This document shows positions 59,773 through 64,000 of a stretch of 64,000 nt of DNA, piece after piece. The stretch is from a virus. Lineage: Duplodnaviria; Caudoviricetes. The notes under the pieces are model-generated. The model was not told the DNA's origin and ran no database searches. It worked only from the letters and a program-made list of their open reading frames with translations. The translations under genes were made by a program, and so were the position numbers. Within the stretch, counting starts at the first letter, position 1. Every line of letters starts with the position of its first letter. The stretch lies in the IMG/VR virus record IMGVR_UViG_3300031857_000014, one strand, 5' to 3'.

Positions 59773-62289
59773 TTACACATTAGGTACAACAACTATTTCT
59801 ATAGTGTCTTCCACCACAAATGAATCATGAGTAAAATAGTACGTATTCGTACTATCTCCTTGAACAAGAAGTGAATCTTGTAAAACACTATTTATATATA
59901 ATTTAACTGTGTGATCCTGTTTTATACCATTAGTTATTTCAACAAGAATAGTACTCGAACTATTATTTGTATGTGTCGCCACAAGACAATCTCTAGCACT
60001 TAACGGTATAGTATTTGAACCATCAATAACACTATAACCCGGACCGTCAAGACCAGACAGCAACTCAACGTTGTTTATTACCAAACCTGGACTCGCCTCT
60101 CTATCTGTATTATTAGAAACTATTAATCTACCTGTATCTCGAATTAAACGGAAACCATTTACAACCGTTATAACTAAATAATCTGAGGATGGTATTGGTG
60201 TTCTATCAAGTATAAAAGAACCCGTTAAACTACCAGCATATATGTGGAATTCCGCAGTTCTACCACAATTTGTGTCGATATTAACTGATTTATCAAGAGT
60301 ACTATCTCCCACATAACTAATAATCAAATTCTCATCACCTTCTTCATTATTACGAGTTGCTTCAATTAATGTTGTTGTACTATCAAGAGGGAAAGAACCA
60401 GTTATAAATGAGTTAATAAAAGAATTTGGACCTAAAAGACCAGTAATTGATGCGTCACCCGTTGCGTCATAATTAAATCTAATCAAATCTGTTGGACATC
60501 CTGGTGTTGGTGTTGGTGTATTTGTTGGAACTGGTGTTGGTGTCGCAGTTGCAGGGATAGGTGTTGGTGTATTTGTTGAAACCGGTGTTGATGTTGGTGT
60601 TGGTGTTGGTGGAATAGGTGTATTAGTCGGTGTTGGGGTATTAGTTGGCGTCGGTGTTGGTGTTGGTGTGTTAGTTGATGTTGGTGTCGGGGTTGGTGTA
60701 TTAGTTGGTGTTGGTGTATTAGTTGACGTTGGTGTCGGCGTTGGTGTTGGTGTATTTGTTGGTGTCGGTGTAGGACAAACGTATGTCGATAGATATGTAT
60801 TATAATTACCGGTTATCAATCCAGAAGATATGTTTTGATTCCAAATTTCTATAGTACCTATTCTAAAATTACCCGGACCACCATTACCCATATTGACTAT
60901 GTCAAGTAATCCTATACCTAATTGATAATTTGGAGGAGCAATTCTATTAACAAATGTTCTATTAACTTCAATTGCATCGACATATGCAACTATTTCCGTT
61001 CCGTCATATGTAAAACCAACATAGTACCATCTATTAAATTGAACAGGTTTAGGATTTGCAACAAAATCTATACTTGAACCATTCCACAGACCAAAGTGGA
61101 AATAACCACTAACTAATTCTATTATTGATAAATGCCAATCACCTGAAAGTCCACCAGACATCTCATTAAGGACTATTCCATTTGATATCGGATAAACCCA
61201 TGTAAATACAGATAATTTATTACTTACAAATGATTGTGAAATATTATTAACAAAACCGTAATTAGAAGTACCATTAAATTCCAAATAATCGACACAATAA
61301 TCACTTGAATAAGTTGGATTATTATAAATTGTGGTTGTTGCTGAAAACGCCAAATCAGTAATTGTGTTACCTGTACCTGAATATGATGATGAGTTATTTA
61401 CATCAATTCTATATAGTACTTGAGGAGCAACTGGTTCAGGTGTTGGTTCTGGTGGTTCAGGGGTGTTAGTTGGTGTCGGTGTTGGTGTAATAGTTGGTGT
61501 TGGGCTTGATGTAGGTGTCGGAGTAATGGTCGGTGTTGGTGTAGGTGTTGGTGTAGGTGTTGGTGTAGGTGTCGGTGTTGGTTCAATAAATACCACATCA
61601 GGTTCTATTTTAAATCCTGTGTATGGGATATTTGATGGTAAAACGATATCCTCAAATACATTTTCTTGAGTAAGGATATCAAAAGACTCATCTAAAGTGA
61701 TTGTTAAATTAGAACTACTTTCACCAGCGTTTATTGTTATTCCTGTAATAATTTCTATTGTATCACCTGTTGTGTTTAGTTTGTGTGTAAAATTGACTGT
61801 AATGTTGTCTTGTACCGGTTGATTACTATTCAAATAATAATTTAAAACTATTGAACCGGGGGTAATTTGAGCATTTAAATTCAATTGTATACTTTCAGTA
61901 AATGCAGAAATAATAAAATAATGAGTTTCTCCGTCTGGATTTGTATAAGTGTAAACATGGTTATTCAATATTGTATTTGAATATGTGTTACCAAAATGAT
62001 TAACAAAATCATTGTAATTTAAAAAAATACTATATCCCGAATATGGGTAAGACAAATCATTGATTCTGTTATCATATTCAATTAGAATTACATTATCTCT
62101 AACGCAACCAAATTGATTCATAGAAGTATCTATTGTTAATCCGGTATATGTAATTAAATTATCTAAATCTAATACATCCGAATAATAATCATCGTCAACT
62201 TTTGATAGTTCGTAATCATATAATTCTGAGGTATCTAATTTAACGTCTAATTTAGACCCGTAATATTTTAAAATATTCTGACTATTCAT
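59773..62289 (-). CDS. LamG (concanavalin A-like) domain protein with two Pro-Thr linkers
   Basis: 838 aa. [11 protein letters not shown]...LSVFTWVYP...[21 protein letters not shown] lies between PT tracts. Confidence 0.75.
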   Translation of the reverse strand: MNSQNILKYYGSKLDVKLDTSELYDYELSKVDDDYYSDVLDLDNLITYTGLTIDTSMNQFGCVRDNVILIEYDNRINDLSYPYSGYSIFLNYNDFVNHFGNTYSNTILNNHVYTYTNPDGETHYFIISAFTESIQLNLNAQITPGSIVLNYYLNSNQPVQDNITVNFTHKLNTTGDTIEIITGITINAGESSSNLTITLDESFDILTQENVFEDIVLPSNIPYTGFKIEPDVVFIEPTPTPTPTPTPTPTPTPTITPTPTSSPTPTITPTPTPTNTPEPPEPTPEPVAPQVLYRIDVNNSSSYSGTGNTITDLAFSATTTIYNNPTYSSDYCVDYLEFNGTSNYGFVNNISQSFVSNKLSVFTWVYPISNGIVLNEMSGGLSGDWHLSIIELVSGYFHFGLWNGSSIDFVANPKPVQFNRWYYVGFTYDGTEIVAYVDAIEVNRTFVNRIAPPNYQLGIGLLDIVNMGNGGPGNFRIGTIEIWNQNISSGLITGNYNTYLSTYVCPTPTPTNTPTPTPTPTSTNTPTPTNTPTPTPTSTNTPTPTPTPTNTPTPTNTPIPPTPTPTSTPVSTNTPTPIPATATPTPVPTNTPTPTPGCPTDLIRFNYDATGDASITGLLGPNSFINSFITGSFPLDSTTTLIEATRNNEEGDENLIISYVGDSTLDKSVNIDTNCGRTAEFHIYAGSLTGSFILDRTPIPSSDYLVITVVNGFRLIRDTGRLIVSNNTDREASPGLVINNVELLSGLDGPGYSVIDGSNTIPLSARDCLVATHTNNSSSTILVEITNGIKQDHTVKLYINSVLQDSLLVQGDSTNTYYFTHDSFVVEDTIEIVVVPNV
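60503..60774 (-). repeat. (Pro-Thr)n coding repeat
   Basis: About 90 aa of PTPTPTNT-type repeats. Confidence 0.95.
61436..61582 (-). repeat. (Pro-Thr)/(Pro-Glu) coding repeat
   Basis: PTPTPTPT...[10 protein letters not shown]. Confidence 0.95.
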
Positions 62290-62295
62290 TAATTT

Positions 62296-62326
62296 ATAAA
62301 TATCTTTCCTTTCGTTTGATATTTAT
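62296..62326. promoter_or_regulatory. Back-to-back TATTTAT elements in a divergent intergenic gap
   Basis: ATAAATA at 62296-62302 serves the minus gene starting 62289. TATTTAT at 62320-62326 serves the plus gene starting 62345. Confidence 0.55.
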
Positions 62327-62344
62327 ATAAAAACCTAAGTTATC

Positions 62345-63091
62345 ATGAATAATTTCATAAAACAGGTAATTGAAGAAAAATTTGCGTCAAAAAAACAACA
62401 AAGATTGTTTTATGCTAAATCTTCTGATAAATCCATTTCACCTAAAGAAAGAAAAAAATGGAAGAAATGGGCTCAAGAATTTTCAGCAGATACGGATTTT
62501 GAAAAATTACCAGAAAAGAAAAAAGAAGAAGTAGACGAAATAGTTGACGATTTCGGTAACATAAGTAGAAATAAAAAACCTAAAAACTTTAACACAAAAG
62601 GAATTACATCAAATTCTATGAGTGATGAAGTTGTAAAAAGTGGGTCGGGATCTATGGGTACTCATGGCGTACATGGTACACATACTTCTTTAAGATATTG
62701 GGCGGAAGCGGACATGAGTAAAACTTTAGGTTACAAAGAAACCTTGGGAAAAGATAAAGATTACGAAGATGCTGAAGAACATTTTGAAGATGAATTAAAT
62801 TTAGATGAGCCAGAAGCTGAAGAAAGATTAAGTAAAATGGGTTATGATAAAAATTTACCAAAAGATAAAGTAAGATTGATAGAAAACCCAAAAAAATTCA
62901 TGTCAGATTATATTGAAAGTATAATTTATAAAAAAACTTTGGAAAATGACTTAGTTCAAAAAGAAACAGATGAAACAGAAGAAACTAAAGAAATCCCAAG
63001 TATTGTACAAAAACAATTAAAATCATTAAAAAATACAATGAATACATATAATTTGACTATTAATGATGTTACCAAAGAATTAAAAAAATAA
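62345..63091 (+). CDS. Hypothetical charged protein
   Basis: 248 aa, Lys/Glu-rich. FASKKQQRLFYAK...WKKWAQEFS. Confidence 0.6.
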   Translation: MNNFIKQVIEEKFASKKQQRLFYAKSSDKSISPKERKKWKKWAQEFSADTDFEKLPEKKKEEVDEIVDDFGNISRNKKPKNFNTKGITSNSMSDEVVKSGSGSMGTHGVHGTHTSLRYWAEADMSKTLGYKETLGKDKDYEDAEEHFEDELNLDEPEAEERLSKMGYDKNLPKDKVRLIENPKKFMSDYIESIIYKKTLENDLVQKETDETEETKEIPSIVQKQLKSLKNTMNTYNLTINDVTKELKK

Positions 63092-63588
63092 TGAATAGTG
63101 AATTAAAAAGTAGATATTTTGATATACCACAAAATATCTTAGATAAAATTAATCATACAGTAACTTGTTTACAAGGTGAAAATGTTCGTGGGATTCAACG
63201 AGCAAAAAAACTATTGAACGACAAAAAAGTAAAATATGGTCAATTAAAAAGAATTATTCATGACATACAAAATATTGATAAAATAAAAGACAGAACCAAA
63301 TACGATTTATGTGGTGGTGATTTAATGGAAAAATGGGCTAAACAATTTTTAGATAATGAAAGACAGTTGATAATTAACAGAAAAGATTCTAAAAAAAATG
63401 CGGATAGTATGGGAGGAATCACAGGAGAAAGAAAAAATAGTCATTTAAAAAAACACAAGAAAAGATTTAGTTTCAAAATCCCTGTTAATTTAATTAAAAG
63501 TAATTCACATAAATCATCAATTACACCAATAACATCATTAGGATTATTTGAAGAAGTTGAAAAAATAAAAAAATTAATTGACTACTAA
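63091..63588 (+). CDS. Hypothetical basic protein
   Basis: 165 aa. TAATG-coupled to the upstream gene. Confidence 0.6.
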   Translation: MNSELKSRYFDIPQNILDKINHTVTCLQGENVRGIQRAKKLLNDKKVKYGQLKRIIHDIQNIDKIKDRTKYDLCGGDLMEKWAKQFLDNERQLIINRKDSKKNADSMGGITGERKNSHLKKHKKRFSFKIPVNLIKSNSHKSSITPITSLGLFEEVEKIKKLIDY

Positions 63589-63589
63589 T

Positions 63590-64000
63590 ATGGCAACACA
63601 GTTAGAACAAATTGCAGAAAAATTAAGAATAGAACATATAGCCAGAAACAAATACGAGTCAGAAAAAAAATATTCTTCTGAAAATTCTAACGCATTATCC
63701 GATGGTGATGAATTTGGTAAAGGAGAAAATAATGGAAGTATTGGTTCAAAAACGGATATTTTAACAAGAATCGATAATACTGGAAGAAATACATATTCTT
63801 CAAATAACGGATATTCATCAGTAAATACTCGAGCATTGTCTGACGGAGATGAACCAGGTAAGGGGGAAAACAATGGTAATATCGGAGGAAGAACAGATAT
63901 ATTGACTAGAATTGACAATACTGGTAGAAATATTTACAATCCTAATAATCAGTATTCTTCCATCAATACTCGAGCGTTATCTGATGGTGATGAACCAGGT
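63590..64000 (+). CDS. Partial protein built of 47-aa tandem repeats; runs off the right edge
   Basis: Hand translation MATQLEQIAEKLRIEHIARN... is open to the window end (137 codons). Confidence 0.85.
   Translation, partial: MATQLEQIAEKLRIEHIARNKYESEKKYSSENSNALSDGDEFGKGENNGSIGSKTDILTRIDNTGRNTYSSNNGYSSVNTRALSDGDEPGKGENNGNIGGRTDILTRIDNTGRNIYNPNNQYSSINTRALSDGDEPG
63692..64000 (+). repeat. 141-bp in-frame tandem repeat
   Basis: ALSDGDE units start at 63692, 63833 and 63974, exactly 141 nt apart. Confidence 0.95.

Noticed and set aside
78-63918. Short antisense or nested ORFs in the track (e.g. 78-293, 1319-1516, 4099-4425, 28065-28490, 40407-40775, 61463-61669, 63574-63918)
   Set aside because: They lie inside or opposite long, motif-bearing genes and mirror their low-complexity repeats (VGVGV, HQHQ, GGGG), so they are shadow ORFs.
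1-64000. Stop-codon recoding (TAG or TGA read-through) as in some large phages
   Set aside because: Genes are full length under the standard code. TAG ends the recA and hub genes and TGA ends the LysM-like gene.
1-64000. CRISPR array, tRNA, rRNA, integrase or transposase
   Set aside because: No repeat-spacer periodicity, cloverleaf or catalytic motifs were seen. Intergenic gaps are short, and the 43.1 kb repeats lack unique spacers.
1-64000. Extracellular contractile injection system or prophage in a bacterial chromosome
   Set aside because: Tail genes are interleaved with phage-type polymerase, helicase, SSB and neck genes, and no host housekeeping genes appear.

Overview
This window is part of an AT-rich (roughly 30% GC by eye), gene-dense genome of a large contractile-tailed (T4-like/jumbo myovirus) bacteriophage using the standard genetic code. 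Most genes are on the minus strand. It holds three kinds of genes. (1) A tail/baseplate/neck module: sheath, tube, tail assembly chaperone, tape measure, tube-initiator and hub proteins, LysM/gp53-, gp25- and gp6-like wedge proteins, terminator and neck proteins. (2) Interleaved replication genes: family-B DNA polymerase, DnaB/gp41 helicase, 5'-3' exonuclease, RecA/UvsX, gp32-like SSB, class II B12-dependent ribonucleotide reductase and a SNF2 helicase. (3) Many large adhesin-like virion proteins with beta-propeller, LamG, PKD, SprB-like, LRR-like, beta-helix and Pro-Thr linker modules. No capsid, portal, terminase, tRNA, CRISPR array or integrase is evident. The strongest unannotated signals are four. 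First, a probable programmed +1 frameshift (TTT_CGC) extends the tail chaperone just upstream of the tape measure gene. Second, a CTAG-rich origin-like region between tube and sheath sits beside a near-perfect parS palindrome. Third, a TATTTAT element precedes 17 genes and is often only 4-7 nt from the ATG. Fourth, a pervasive [S/T]-G-x-T motif is largely confined to presumed outer virion proteins. I also found three genes the ORF track missed: a ribbon-helix-helix regulator and two edge-truncated repeat proteins. All product calls come from motif recognition, not database searches.
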